Of a DNA stretch of 64,000 nucleotides, positions 26,070 to 39,495 are shown in pieces (the stretch's first letter is position 1; every line of letters begins with the position of its first letter). The notes below the pieces were generated by a model. That model was not told the DNA's origin. It saw only the letters and a list, made by a program, of their open reading frames with translations, and made no database searches. The DNA is from Piromyces finnis finn (Eukaryota > Fungi > Neocallimastigomycota): assembly GCA_002104945.1 (NCBI GenBank), contig MCFH01000019.1, positions 793,074 through 857,073 of the forward strand, in the 5' to 3' direction. The translations under genes and the position numbers were made by a program.

Positions 26070-28640
26070 GAAAGAAATAAAAAAAATACTAAAATTACCA
26101 ATACTTTAAAGAAGAAGAAAAAAAAAAAGATTAGTGTCTATATAATATTAATAATAATAATATAAATAAATATATAAATATATTTAATTTTTTTTTTAAT
26201 ATAGATAAAAGATATAATTAATAAGCGAATAAATATATTGAAAATAAATAAATTAATTAATAATTAATAAATAAATAGTTAGATAAATTAATATATTACA
26301 AAATTAAAATTCAAAATCAAGAGAAAAAAAAAAGCAAACAGTAACATATTTTAAATATATAATAATAAGAATTATTTATGAAAAATGGGTTAATGGTTTA
26401 ACAAAATAATGCTTATTGAAAACCTATGATATAGTAAAAAAAATAATACAATTATATTTCAATTAATTAATTAATGCAATAAGGTTGTTTTTTTTTTCTT
26501 AATACTATATATATATCTGTACAAATATCAAAATAAAAAAAAAAAAAAAAACTATTTTATGTGTAAATATGTATAAAGAAAAGTAAAATAATACACCACC
26601 AAAAGAAAATTCTATTTTAGAATTGACAGTATTTAAATTAAAATTATCCTCTCGACCTAAAAATATTGAATTTTTGTAGGTGAAATAATAAATTGAATAA
26701 ATATTAATGGAAGTCTAATAATTTAGTTTTTCTTTATATATAATATTAAATATAATAATGTTGGAAGTTCAATTTTTAAAATTTAGTTTAAAAAAAGTTT
26801 TACATATAATCTAGTATGAATACTTTTTTTAAAATTTGTACTATTTGAAATAAGAATACTTTGAAATAAAAAAGTAAAAATTAATAATATATAAAAGTTA
26901 ATTCAAATTAAATGGTATTACATTATCTCAAGTTGTAAATAAAATATATATTTATATATTTTAGATAATAATGAATGATATACTTTTTAGTATGAATAAA
27001 ATAATACTTTAATAAACCACTTGGTTTTTATTAAAGAAAAAAAAATTCGAATATTTTAACAATATATGATTTATAAAGTATATATTAATGTTAAGTATAT
27101 GTTATAGACTTGATCCTACCCTAGATTATAGTAATTTTATATCAATGTCATATGCAATATACAAATTATACACATTATAAATAGTAATATCATTATTTGT
27201 ATAATTAACATATTTATTATATTCAAAAATATATTTTTAACGCACAATATTAATTCTAACTTTTTGATAATCTAAATATGCACGATAGAATTGTTATATA
27301 AACACAAAATATAATAAATTATAATTATTCTTAATTATTATATAGTTATAAATATGTAAAATATATAAAATATATAACGTATTCATATTAAATATACTCT
27401 TTTTTTTTTTAGTTAATAGGTTAAAAAGATTTATATTTAAATTAGCAAGTAACATTAAATAATTAATTAGTATATAGATAATAATAATAATAATAATAGT
27501 GTATTATTAATTCCCCATCCACATTAAATTCACATTAATATTGTTTTAATTATTTTCATTGCCTTAAATACACTTTTCCCATATTTTTAATGTTTTTATG
27601 AGCGTTTAGATGAATTTATGCGCATATAATTAATTTTAAAAAATAAAAAAAAAAAATTTAATATTTATAATAATTGTTAAAATATATTAATTAATTGAAA
27701 CATATTAATTTATTAATTTTCGTTGTTAAAGATATATTTTATTTATTTTGAAATACATTAATTTCTCGTTGTATAAATTTATTCTTTATTTTAATATCAA
27801 GCCACAACTAGTATAAATATAAGTTTATTTTTCCAAATCTTTATTTCGATGTAATTACCATAATAAAATATTTTTTAAATAAAGTTTATATTAAAACAAA
27901 TACTTTAACAATTTATTAATAATATTAAATTTATATTAAATTTTCTTTTTTTTTTTACCTTTAATAAAACCGTAAAATTTTAAATATAAAATATTAAAAA
28001 TAAAAGAAAAATTCCATCCACTAAAAATGATTTTAACCTAAAAATAATAATAATTATTTATAAGTAATAATAAATATTAATAATAAAAGAAAGATTAAAA
28101 ACTTTACTGTTTAATAAAATAAAAATTAAAAAATAAAAAGAACCAAAAAAAAAAAAAATTAAAAAAAAAAAAACTAAAAGAATTCATTAAGTGATTTTTA
28201 CGATTGGTTTATAAAACATTAAATTTATTTGATATTATTTTATTTTTAATAAAAAGAAAGTAATCAATGCACAACAATAATAAGCCTCAACTGCGGAAAA
28301 AATTAAAGTTTATTGAATTATTAAATTATTATATAACTAGCGGCAAAAAAAAATAATAAAAATATAAATATGAAAATATTTTTCTTTTTTAAAAATAATA
28401 ATATTCAATATTCAATTATTTAATCTTTAATATATATTTTTTTGATAAAAAATATACTTTTTAAAATACTTGTAAAATAAAAGATTTTATTAAAAAAAAT
28501 AACTACTACTGGTTAATAATTATTTTTATTAAATTTTCTATAAAAAAAAAAAGATTTATTATTAATAATTCACTTTGTATATAAAAATAAAAAATATTTT
28601 ATTTAAAATTGAATAATATTATACTATCATTCATTCTATC

Positions 28641-30176
28641 ATGAGATTTTTAAATACTTTAGCTTTCATTAGTTTAGCCATTGTTGGTTCAAAGGCTATG
28701 AGAGATATTTCTTCCAAGGAATTAGTAAAGGACATTAAAATTGGTTGGAATTTAGGTAATACTTTAGATGCCCATTGTCTCGAATTCTTAGATTATTCTG
28801 AAGATCAAACTGCTTCTGAAACATGTTGGTTAAATCCAAGAGCTACTCAAGAACTTTTTGATAAATTAAGTGAAGTTGGTTTTAATACCTTCCGTATTCC
28901 AACAACTTGGACTGGTCATTTTGGCGAAGGACCAGAATACAAAATTGACGAAGCCTGGATGAAAAGAGTTCATGAAGTTGTTCAATATGCAATCAATACC
29001 GGTGGTTATGCCATTTTAAATGTTCATCATGAAGATTGGAATTATGCCTTTTCCGATAATTTAGCATCTGCTGAAGTTATCCTGGAAGCAATCTGGAAAC
29101 AAATTGCAGCAGAATTTGAAGAATTTGATGAACATTTAATTTTCGAAGGAATGAACGAACCAAGAAAAGTAAATACTGATGTTGAATGGAATGGAGGAGA
29201 TGAAGAAGGATGGGAATTTGTTAATGAAATGAATGATCTTTTCATGAAAACAGTACGTGTTTCAGGAGGAAATAATAAACTTCGTCATCTTATGATTCCA
29301 ACTTATGCGGCAGCACTTAATGAACATACTCTTGAAGCCTATCACTACCCAAATAATGATGATAAGGTGATTGTTTCTGTTCATTCCTACACTCCATATA
29401 ACTTTGCATTAGCTACCGATGACACCGCTGTTTCAGTATTTAATAATACACAACCAATTGAATGGGCAATGAATAACATTAATACGTACTTTAGAAGCAA
29501 AGATATTCCGGTTATTATTGGAGAATTTGGAGCAATGAGTCGTAATAATGATGAGGATCGTATGAGATGGGCAGAATTATTTGTTAGTAGTGCTAAATCA
29601 ATGGGAGTTCCATGTATTTTATGGGATAATGGAGTATTTGAAGGTGAAGGAGAACGTTTTGGTATTATTGATCGTTCACAACTTACTATTACTTATCCAT
29701 TATATCTTAAAGGATTAATGGCAGGTATTGGTAAAAATATTAATATTTCCGATTTAGAAGTAACACCAATTACTCCAACTACCACAATTCCAAGTATAAT
29801 TGAAACACCAACTATTGATACACCACCAGTTATTGACACTCCAGTTGTTCCACCAGTTAATCCACCAACTATTGAAACTCCACCAGTTATTGACACTCCA
29901 GTTGTTCCACCAGTTAATCCACCAACTATTGAAACCCCACCAGTTATTGACACTCCAGTTGTTCCACCAGTTAATCCACCAACTATTGAAACCCCACCAG
30001 TTATTGATAATGCTACTAACAGCGAAGATTATCTTTCATGTGCCAAAGATGATTATTCATGTAAATCCCAAAAATCCGAAGAATGTTATAAAAAGGTTTC
30101 AGAATGTTGGAATTCTCAACAAGATCAAAATGCATGTATCAGTTTAGGCAATACATGTGGTAAAATATGGAATTAA
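28641..30176 (+). CDS. Secreted GH5 (subfamily 4-like) endoglucanase, with P/T/V-rich linker and an unidentified C-terminal 6-Cys module; intronless
   Basis: Signal peptide, IGWNLGNTLDA, FRIPTTW, LNVHHE, acid/base FEGMNEPR, SVHSYTPY, nucleophile IIGEFG, WDNG. The N-terminus resembles rumen-fungal CelB/CelE-type cellulases. Confidence 0.95.
   Translation: MRFLNTLAFISLAIVGSKAMRDISSKELVKDIKIGWNLGNTLDAHCLEFLDYSEDQTASETCWLNPRATQELFDKLSEVGFNTFRIPTTWTGHFGEGPEYKIDEAWMKRVHEVVQYAINTGGYAILNVHHEDWNYAFSDNLASAEVILEAIWKQIAAEFEEFDEHLIFEGMNEPRKVNTDVEWNGGDEEGWEFVNEMNDLFMKTVRVSGGNNKLRHLMIPTYAAALNEHTLEAYHYPNNDDKVIVSVHSYTPYNFALATDDTAVSVFNNTQPIEWAMNNINTYFRSKDIPVIIGEFGAMSRNNDEDRMRWAELFVSSAKSMGVPCILWDNGVFEGEGERFGIIDRSQLTITYPLYLKGLMAGIGKNINISDLEVTPITPTTTIPSIIETPTIDTPPVIDTPVVPPVNPPTIETPPVIDTPVVPPVNPPTIETPPVIDTPVVPPVNPPTIETPPVIDNATNSEDYLSCAKDDYSCKSQKSEECYKKVSECWNSQQDQNACISLGNTCGKIWN
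29808..30008 (+). repeat. 57-bp coding tandem repeat (19 aa, PTIETPPVIDTPVVPPVNP) x3.5
   Basis: The 57-nt period is visible directly: three full copies plus a 30-nt partial, nearly identical at DNA level. Confidence 0.95.
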
Positions 30177-30811
30177 GAAAAAAAAAATTAAAAAAACGAA
30201 TCAGTTAAATTTGAAATAATTTATACTAATTATATAATTTTTTTTTCATTAGTTATAGTCAATTATTAATACATTTTATATATAAGATCATAATAGTATT
30301 ACTTCAAAAATTATTGTTTTTTTTTTTTTTTTTTTTTAATTTATTTAAAAATATAAATATAATAGATTTAAAATTTTGTAAAAATATATATATATATGTA
30401 TAATAAATGTTAAATATTAGACACTTGTAAAAAAAAATAAATGATATTATAAAAAAAGAAATAAAAAAAAAAAAAGCTAAATATTTATGCAAATATTTAT
30501 ATAAATAATAGGAATGCACATTCTTATTTAAATATATTAATATAATAATCTGCTAATAAATTATAGAATATTATAAGATATTTAAAATATTAATTTAATT
30601 ATTATTTTATATATTTATTATTTATTTATATTATCTAAAGTATTTTTTTTTTATTTTATATTTTATATAATGTAAAAAAAAAAAAAAAAAAAAAAAAAGA
30701 GATAGTTTTTCTATTATTTAATATATATTATAGTATCTATATATTAAATAATAATAAATGAAATTAATCTTTTTTATTAAATATAATTATGTGGCAATTT
30801 TTTTATTTTTT

Positions 30812-32559
30812 TTATGATATTCCTTTTCTCCAAATAGGTATAGCTCTTAATAATAGCAATAGCAATAATAATAATAATAATAATAATAATAGTAATAATT
30901 AATACTAATATATTATTATAATTTTTATAAAAAAAAAAAAGTATACACATAATAAAATAAATTAATTATATATAAATTTTGTATATATATTTTATTTACC
31001 GATGTGGAAGTTCGTTAGAATGAAAGAATTCATTTACATGTTCTATATTGGTAAAGAGACCTCTTGATTTATTCGTATTATTATTATTATTATTAATAGA
31101 ATTAACATAATTTTGGAAAGTTTTTGTTGGTTGAAAGATACGATTAGGATCTTTTTCAACTGTAATAATATTGACAGATTTTATTTTCTTCAAACGTAAT
31201 TCCTTATCACTTTTTTCTTTTTGATTTTTCATTTGACGTTGTAAAATTTTATTTAAATATTTTTTGTCCTAATAGTTTAATTAGTATAATTTTTTTTTTT
31301 TTTTTGATTAGAAAATTAAATATATATATATATATATATTATTTTTTTTTAAAAAAAAGTAACAAATAAAAAAAAATTATTTACCTTTTCTTGGAAATAT
31401 TTTAAATCCATTTTTTTCTTTTCTTTTACAGTATTCATTACATTATTAATTTTTGAAGATATTGATGATCCATTTTTCTTTTTTGCTTCATATAATTTTA
31501 GTTTTTCTTTATTCAATTTCTTTTTCGTTTTTTTTTTATTGATATTATATATAAATATACCAAATGATGTATCAAAATCAAATATATATATAATATTTTA
31601 ATAATAAGCAAAAGACTAAAGTACAAACTCTATATGTATAATTACTTGTTTTATTTGTAATTTTTTAGCTTCTAATTCTTTTTCCTTTTGTTTTTCTTTA
31701 TTAGCCATTAAAATTTCTTTTTCTTCTTCTAATTTCTTCTTTTCCTAAAAAAAAAAAGTTATAATATTATAATAATTATAAAAAAAATAAAGGTAAATCC
31801 TAGAGTATATATTTTTATGATCTAAATTTTAAGAAATAATTCAAAATTTCTTTTTCTTTTTACTTATAAAAAAAAAAAAAGAAATATTGAAAAAATCCTT
31901 ATATATATATATATATAGATTAGATAGATAAATTACCTTCCATAATTTTAATTTTTGTTTAATTTTTTGTCGTTGTTCTTCTTCCTTTTTCTTTTTTTCA
32001 TTATTCATTTTATTTTTTAGTTCTAATTCGATATGACTAGGATTAATATTTAATGCTTGTTGATTTTCAATTCTTTTTTTCTATTTACATGAAAATACAT
32101 AAAAAAAATTATATATAAAATTATATTTATAAAAATTTTATGTAAAATAAATAAAATAAAATTGGTAAAACATCATCATCATCATTTTGGTATTTAAAAA
32201 TAATAATATAAATATATAAAATGAAGAAAAATAGATTAATAATGAATAATATTTTTATTTTATTTTATGCTAAAATAAAAAATAATATATATTATTAATA
32301 ATTCAAGATATATATATATATATAATTCTCTTGATCTATCAATAATTTTTAATTTCAATATTTTTTTTTTTTACCTTATTTTCTAATCTCCAATTTTCTA
32401 AAGCTTCCTTTTTCTTTTGTTCCAATTCATGATAAGTTTTATACCATTGAATATGTTTTTCAAGACGATTTTTATCTAAACCTGGAATAGAATCTAAACA
32501 CATTTGCTCAAACCTTGAATTTGACGGCTAAATAATAATATATTAAATAAATAATTTTA

Positions 32560-32594
<35 letters not shown>

Positions 32595-32923
32595 ATTTCA
32601 AATATTAAATTATTATTTATATATTCATGATTACAATAAAAATTTTTTATACAAAAATACAGTTTTTTTTTTTAATAAATAGATAAATTGTGTAAATAAT
32701 ACATATAAATTCATTGATATATAAAAAAAAATTATAATATTTACACCAATTTTTTTCCAAATTTTTTCAAACATTGAATGAGAAAGTTCATCCCATCCTC
32801 CATTACGACCATGATTTCTAACATAAAAACTTCTAAAACGTTCTACATCATATAAATAAGTAGATTTTAAAGATGAATTTTTTTGATGATTTTCTGAATC
32901 CTCTGGATTTTTCATAGTATGAC

Positions 32924-32956
<33 letters not shown>

Positions 32957-35017
32957 TAAATAAGAATTACAAATTAAGAAAAGTTGAGAAAAAAAATAAT
33001 ATATAATTATAAAGATAAAAATAGTTATAACAATTATATATAAAGAAAAGGGATGAAAAAAAAAGGATGTTTTTTTTTTTCTTTTTCCTATTCCATTGTT
33101 ACTATTCAAACTATTAAGAGGGAGGAAAAGACAATAATAATAATACTTATAAAATAAAAGAGAGATAATTTCAAATAGATTTACTTTTGTTGATCATCCA
33201 TTTCCAAGGATAATTGTTCTGATTTTAAATATTTTTTAGCTTCATTTTCCTGATCTACTCCCCCTTCCTCATCCTCTTCCTTATCCAAATCAGGATGGAA
33301 AGAAGTAGAAGAAGTGGAAGAAATAAATTTCTTTTTCCCTTCTTTATAACCATATTGAATAATTAATTTAGCTTCCATGGTAACCTCGGAGGGAACCAAG
33401 GTTAAATTTGTATTTGGTAAAGGTGTAGAAGAGAATGTGAAAGTAGAAGAATTTTGATGATTTTTTTGTTTGAATAAATTTTTTCTAGTGAATCCTTCCT
33501 TGGTCAAAGCTTTTTTTTCATTCCAATCATTTAAATGTTCCTGAAATATAGATAATTCTTGATGAAGTCGCTTTTCTGTAATCAATAATTCTTCATAACT
33601 TTTTTTTTTTTAAAAATTTTTATTGATAAAATAATTTATATTTATTTTTATGACATGATTTTAAAATATAAAAAAAAATAGTTAGTAATTAATAATATTT
33701 TCTTTTCCTTTTTTTCTTTATATATATATATATATATATTTCTTTTTACATATTTTTTTGATTCTCTTTAAATAGTACAATATTACTTTCAATTTCTTCC
33801 ATTAATGATTTCAAATTATCCAAATCTATAGAGAGGTCATTTCCAATGATATGTCAATGTCAATGACAAAAATAATATGAATTATATACATAGATACATA
33901 GATAAATACAGATATAGGAATTAAGAATAAATAAAAAAAAAAAAAAAGATAAAAGATTTTTTAATTATTAGTTTTTTCAAAGATATATTTATATAATATA
34001 TTAGTGTCCTTATTATTATTATTCTATATATATGTATATATTACATTTAATACTATTTTCTTTTTTATTCACTTGGTCTTTAAATGTATTAACATTTTGT
34101 TTAATTTTAGATAATTTCATAGATAAATTTTTTTCTAAAATTATAGTAAAAAAAAAAATAAAAATAAAAATAAAAATAAAAATAAAAATGTTATTTTATA
34201 ATTAGGTATTAAAAAGCAAAATTAAATATAATAAATATATAAATATCATAGTAGAATATAAAATATATATACAAAATAAAATAAAAGGGATAAAATTTAT
34301 ATAATAGATAATATTATATAGATATATCGAAAATTGTTTTCTTACTTTCATGGTCTAACTTTTTATTACACTCTACTCTATCAAATAATTCAAAATTATC
34401 CCTTCATTAATCCAAAATAATAATAATAATAATATCCATTTATTTGATACAATATATATTTAAAAATGTTAAAAGAGAAATTTTAAAATAAAAAAAAAAC
34501 TAAGTTATTATTGGATATAAAAATAAGTTTTTTATATATATGTATATAGGTGTATATATATATTTTTATTTACTCTGTTTCAATAGGAAGGTTAAATAAA
34601 AATTCTATACTTTGATTTTTATTTAGCTTTTGTTTTTGATATTGGTGTATTAGACTAGCAATAGTATTGGAAGGTTGTTTTGATGACGATAGATGCTGAT
34701 GCGGATGATTTAATCCAATAGTATTTATGATATCCTTTTCTAAAAATTCAATTCTGCGCATTATTTTAAAGGATAACAATAAAAAAAAAAAATTGAAAAA
34801 AATTGATTTATAATAATATTATAAAATATATATATATTAATATAGTTTTATTTTTTATAATATATTATTTTAAATAATACTATGAATAATGAAAATGTAT
34901 AAAAAAATGGAAATATGATGAAAAAAAAAAAAAAAAGGAATACTTTTTATCCAAGGAATGAATAGCACCAACAATTCTAATTTTTTCTCTTATGGTATTA
35001 CTTTTATTATCATACAT
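30812..35017 (-). CDS. CCDC112: Coiled-coil domain-containing protein 112, 13 exons
   Basis: Spliced: MYDNKSNTIREKIRIVGAIHSLDKK|IEFLEKD...KLSKIKQNVNTFKDQ...LKSLMEEIESNIVLFKENQKNIYEELLITEKRLHQEL...GRNGGWDELSHSMFEKIWKK...IPGLDKNRLEKHIQWYKTY...VEKDPNRIFQPTK...PHR|AIPIWRKGIS*. The GGWD..H..F, DP.R...PT and PHRAIP.WR motifs are CCDC112-like. The first exon is inferred from phase compatibility. Confidence 0.82.
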
Positions 35018-37858
35018 TTTTTTTTCTTTTTATATAATAGTATATTGAAATGATAATATATAATTCTTTTAAAATCCTTTTTCTTTTTCTTTTATAAGTA
35101 TATTCTTTTATTGTTGTTACCAGTAAAAGAATAATAATAATAAAAAAAAAGCAGCAACTCAAAAAAAAAAAAAAATTATTGATTAAATGTTTATTTAAAA
35201 TTAAATTAATTTTTTTTTTTATAATCATTATAATTATAGTTTTAATTAAAAATAAAAAAAAAAAAGATGATGGATAAATATTTTATAAAAATAAAAAAAA
35301 AAAATAAACATTTTATAATTTCCATTTAAAAAAAAAAAAAAAAAAAAAAAGACTATTTTTTTAAAATTTATAGTGAATTTTAAAAAAAAAAAAAAAAAAA
35401 AGAGTTAAAAATCTTAGTCACCATTTTTTTTTTAAACTCAGTAAAGAAAAAAAAAAAATGATTTTCCTCTATAAAAATTTTAATATATTAATATAAAAAA
35501 AAAAAAAAAAATAGGTATCACTAGCTCAATAAGCTAATCTAAAATAATAATAATAGTAGTAGTAGTATTAATAAATAAAGGATGATTTAGTTAATAATTA
35601 TACTTTTTATTATTTTTTTTATATATAAAATAAATCCAATTTAACAATTTATATAAAGGTAGTTTATTATAAAATAGACATTGTGTGAAACCATAAATAA
35701 ACTATTGACCGCATCAATGATTTCTAAAATAAAAAAAAAGTATTTTTATTCTTATAAAAAAATATACACCAATAAGATATAATAAATATAATATTAAAAA
35801 AAATGTTTATCACCACCATAAAAATAAAAAGAATTACACGATATCATAATATATAATATTACATTAGGATATATAATTTTATTTTATAAAAGATACTTTT
35901 TAAATAATGATTAATTATTAAAAAAAAAAAAGTTAAAAATATTAAGAGTATTATAAAACAAGTATTAAGGATATTAAAAAAAATAATATATAAATATATA
36001 TATTTATTATAATAATATTGACATAGACATTGTTTTTTTTTTTTTTTTTTTCTTCTTCTTCTTCTGAAAATGGTGTGATAACGAATTTAATTATTAATAT
36101 TAGAATAAATATATATATATAAAAAAAAAAGTCATAGTTTTTTTTTAAAAAAAAAAAAAAAAAAAAAAACTTTATAGGTCGTTGTCTTAAAGTATTGATG
36201 AATAATGAATGTTTTTTAAAAAAAAAATAATATACATGTATAAATGGGAAAAAAAAAAACTATATATATATATATACAAATATTAAATATAAATGTTAAG
36301 ATATGAAATTTAGTATCTATATAATTATAGTTTTAGGATATAATATAAAAGTTGGAATTAAATATAAATTGTATTCACATTAAAAAAATAATAATAATAA
36401 AAATTATCATTTGAATTAGTAAAAATCTTGTTTTTTTTTTTTTGAATATAAAGAAAAATCTATAGATATATAAGATTTTCCTTTTTTCTATAAAATAAAA
36501 TAAAATAGTTCACACAAGAGTAGTAGTATTGATAATAATAAAAGGTGTCCGAATTAAACTTTTATTTTCATACTATACGAGAGTATTTTGTTTTGTTTTG
36601 TTTTTTGTCCAAAGTAAAATAATATATTTAATTTTCATATTTTTGAATGAATTAAACTTTTTTATATACATACATAACCATAGTGATGAGAAAAATGATT
36701 TTCTTTTCATTTCTAATAATTATTGAATCCTTTTTTTTTAAAGAAAATATATATACTTTTTTTGATCCATCAAAAAAAGAAACCAAGATGTTTTTTTTTT
36801 TTTTTCCTCTTTCTTTCTCTCTCTTTTTTTTAATATAATGTTTAAAATCCATTATTATTAAAAGTCCATTAATAAATATATTTCTTTCTTCCTTTTTTTT
36901 TTTCAATCCTGAAAAGAAAGAGGTGTAAGAAGCATTTGTAATCCTTTCCATCTTTTTTTTTTTTTTTCGTTTCATTTTCATCCTTTAAATTTATCTTTTT
37001 CTTATCAATAAAAAAATATTAAAACAACTTAAAATCCAATGGAGAGATTGACGTATCTTTTTTAAATGTTTCATACTTTTTTATTTTTTTTTTCTTTTTG
37101 TTCTAATTTAATTAAAAAAAAATATTTACATTTGATTTTTTTTTTTTTTTAGACTTTTGAAATATGAAGGTAAGGTTAGTAGGATTTTTTAAATTTAAAA
37201 AAGAAAAATTTAAAAATTTAAAATTAAAATTTTTAACATTTTTCTTTTTCTATATACATATTTCAAAAAAAAAAAAAAATTAAATCTTTAAAAAATAAAC
37301 TTTAAAAGTTTTGAAAAAAAATGATTTAAAAAAAAATAAAATTTATTTTTTTTTATCATTTGATTTTTCAGTCTATTTTTAATTTCAGTAGATTTTCTTT
37401 TTTTCATTAGAAAAAAAAAAAGTCTTGAAAAGAAGGAAGATGAGACTAGTCTAAACATTAACTTTTTTTTTTTGGTTTAATATTTTCTATATCAAAATAA
37501 AAAAAAAAAAATATACAAATAAAAACTACTAAACACTAACATCTAATCCCAATTTAAATACTCTATGTTTAGATTAGTGACCCTTTTTGTTTGAAATCAA
37601 TCTTTTCCTTTTTGACTTTTTTTTCTTCCCTTTCTATCTCATAATGGTGGAAAATTTTACCATCAAAATTGAAATTTTTTAATAGAAAAAAAGCTTCCAT
37701 CTACTTCCATTATAATTATTTTTTTTTTAATTTTCTTTTTTTTTTCTTTTTTCGATATTTAAATAATTTTCTCAGTTTTATCAAATTAAAATTTTCTTAA
37801 AAAAAAAGTTTCAATAATTTTTTCTTCGTACTTTTCGTATTTCTTTTCTTTTTTTTTC

Positions 37859-39271
37859 TTACTCCTTAATTACTTCTTCTTCTTTATTGACCATCATGTC
37901 ATCAGCAGTTTCAATTATATCTTGACCATTTCTTGATTCAACTAATTGTTCTTCTAAAGTTTTGATTTTTTCTAAAAGCTTCTTTTCTTTAGATTCCCAC
38001 TCTATTCTATTGGATTCAAGCATAGCAAGTCTGATAGAAAGATTTTTATTATCAGCTTCTAAACGCTTGACATGGTTTTCTAAAGTTTCCATCTTTAATA
38101 CCTTACGCATTCTTGAACGTCTAGCGGCTTCAGTATTTTTTTGTCTTTTTAAAGCTAATTCTAATGAAATTGGTTCATTATTTTTATTGTAAGCGCGAGT
38201 ACCGGTAGTTTTAATGGTAACAGGTGTATTAATGACATTTTGATTTACAGTTAAAATATTACCTTGACCCATTTTTCCGTTCAAATTATTTTGAAGGTTT
38301 GTTTGTGATGGATAATTAGAAGCAATATTAGTAGTAGAAGATATGATTTGTTGTTGGCCCTTTCCTTGAATAGTTTGAGTGAAACTTTGATTATAGTATT
38401 GTTGGAAACCATTTTGTTGTGATGGTACTTGTTGTTGGAAGGATGGGTTAGCAACATTCATTCCATTAGAATTCATAATGGTTACAGCTTGAGTTGGTTG
38501 AGCTTGAGTAATAGTAGCAGCAGCAGCTCCTTGATTCATTGATACAAAACCATTTGGAGTTGTATTATTCATAAGGTTAATTGGACTACTAGTAGTAGTG
38601 TAAGAAGTTGTTTGAATTGGAGCAGCAACTGCAACAGATTGGTTCTTATTAATATCAACAGCACCCATAGGTGGAGATGGATAACGTTGATCATTATTTT
38701 GTGGAATATAAGTGGTAGTTTGAGCAGCAGTACTTTGACTAATGATTTGACCATTCTTTATAGTATTGTTAATTGGAAGAGTTGGGAAAAAGTTCATTCC
38801 ATTACCTTCAATTGGGGATATAGTTTGTTGTATATAATTTTGTTGTTGTTGACTTGGTACAGTATTTGGAATGGTAATTGGTTGTGGAGAAATAGTATTA
38901 GTAGAAATAGAAGTAGTTGAGGATGGAGTAGTAGCATCAGCATGAGTTAAAATTAAATTGGTAGTGGTGGTTTCATTTAATACTTGTGGTGAGTAAGTTG
39001 GGGTTTGTAAATAAGTAGTTGTATTAACAACGGTAGGTTGACCTTGTGATATTAATTGAGCTGAAGTATTATTATTTTGAAAGGTAGTTTGATTAGCATT
39101 AAAAGTTTGAATGGTTTGACCATTATTAACTTGATAATATTGAGTCTTTCCAAAATTATCAGTAGCCATATTATTTCCTTGATTATTTATTATAGAACCA
39201 TCAGCCAATACGGTTTGTTGTTGACCGTATGAATAATTATCAAAAGATATTTGTTGTGGAATAGCAGACAT
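37859..39271 (-). CDS. GCN4/CPC-1-like bZIP transcription factor with a Q/N/T-rich N-terminal region, intronless
   Basis: Basic region ALKRQKNTEAARRSRMRK closely matches Gcn4 (ALKRARNTEAARRSRARK). It is followed by the leucine zipper METLENHVKRLEADNKNLSIRLAMLE. Confidence 0.88.
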   Translation of the reverse strand: MSAIPQQISFDNYSYGQQQTVLADGSIINNQGNNMATDNFGKTQYYQVNNGQTIQTFNANQTTFQNNNTSAQLISQGQPTVVNTTTYLQTPTYSPQVLNETTTTNLILTHADATTPSSTTSISTNTISPQPITIPNTVPSQQQQNYIQQTISPIEGNGMNFFPTLPINNTIKNGQIISQSTAAQTTTYIPQNNDQRYPSPPMGAVDINKNQSVAVAAPIQTTSYTTTSSPINLMNNTTPNGFVSMNQGAAAATITQAQPTQAVTIMNSNGMNVANPSFQQQVPSQQNGFQQYYNQSFTQTIQGKGQQQIISSTTNIASNYPSQTNLQNNLNGKMGQGNILTVNQNVINTPVTIKTTGTRAYNKNNEPISLELALKRQKNTEAARRSRMRKVLKMETLENHVKRLEADNKNLSIRLAMLESNRIEWESKEKKLLEKIKTLEEQLVESRNGQDIIETADDMMVNKEEEVIKE

Positions 39272-39480
39272 TTTTATTTTTTCTAAAAGGTATTAAATTT
39301 ATTTGTTTTTTGTTTTTTAATTAGTTATTTGTTTGTTTTTATTCTTTTTTTTTTTTTCTTTTTCTTCTTTAAAAATTTAGTATAGGTAGGTGAATTATTT
39401 CAAATAATCCAAAATTTGGAAAAAACGTTAAAAAAAAGGTTTAATTTTTATACAAATAAGTTAAAATAAATTTTTATTTC

Positions 39481-39495
39481 TTAAAGAATTGTCAT
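39481..39495 (-). promoter_or_regulatory. Putative upstream ORF (ATG ACA ATT CTT TAA, M-T-I-L-stop) in the leader of the GCN4-like gene
   Basis: This is the only minus-strand ATG I found between 39272 and ~40290. It lies ~210 nt upstream of the main ATG. Confidence 0.5.
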
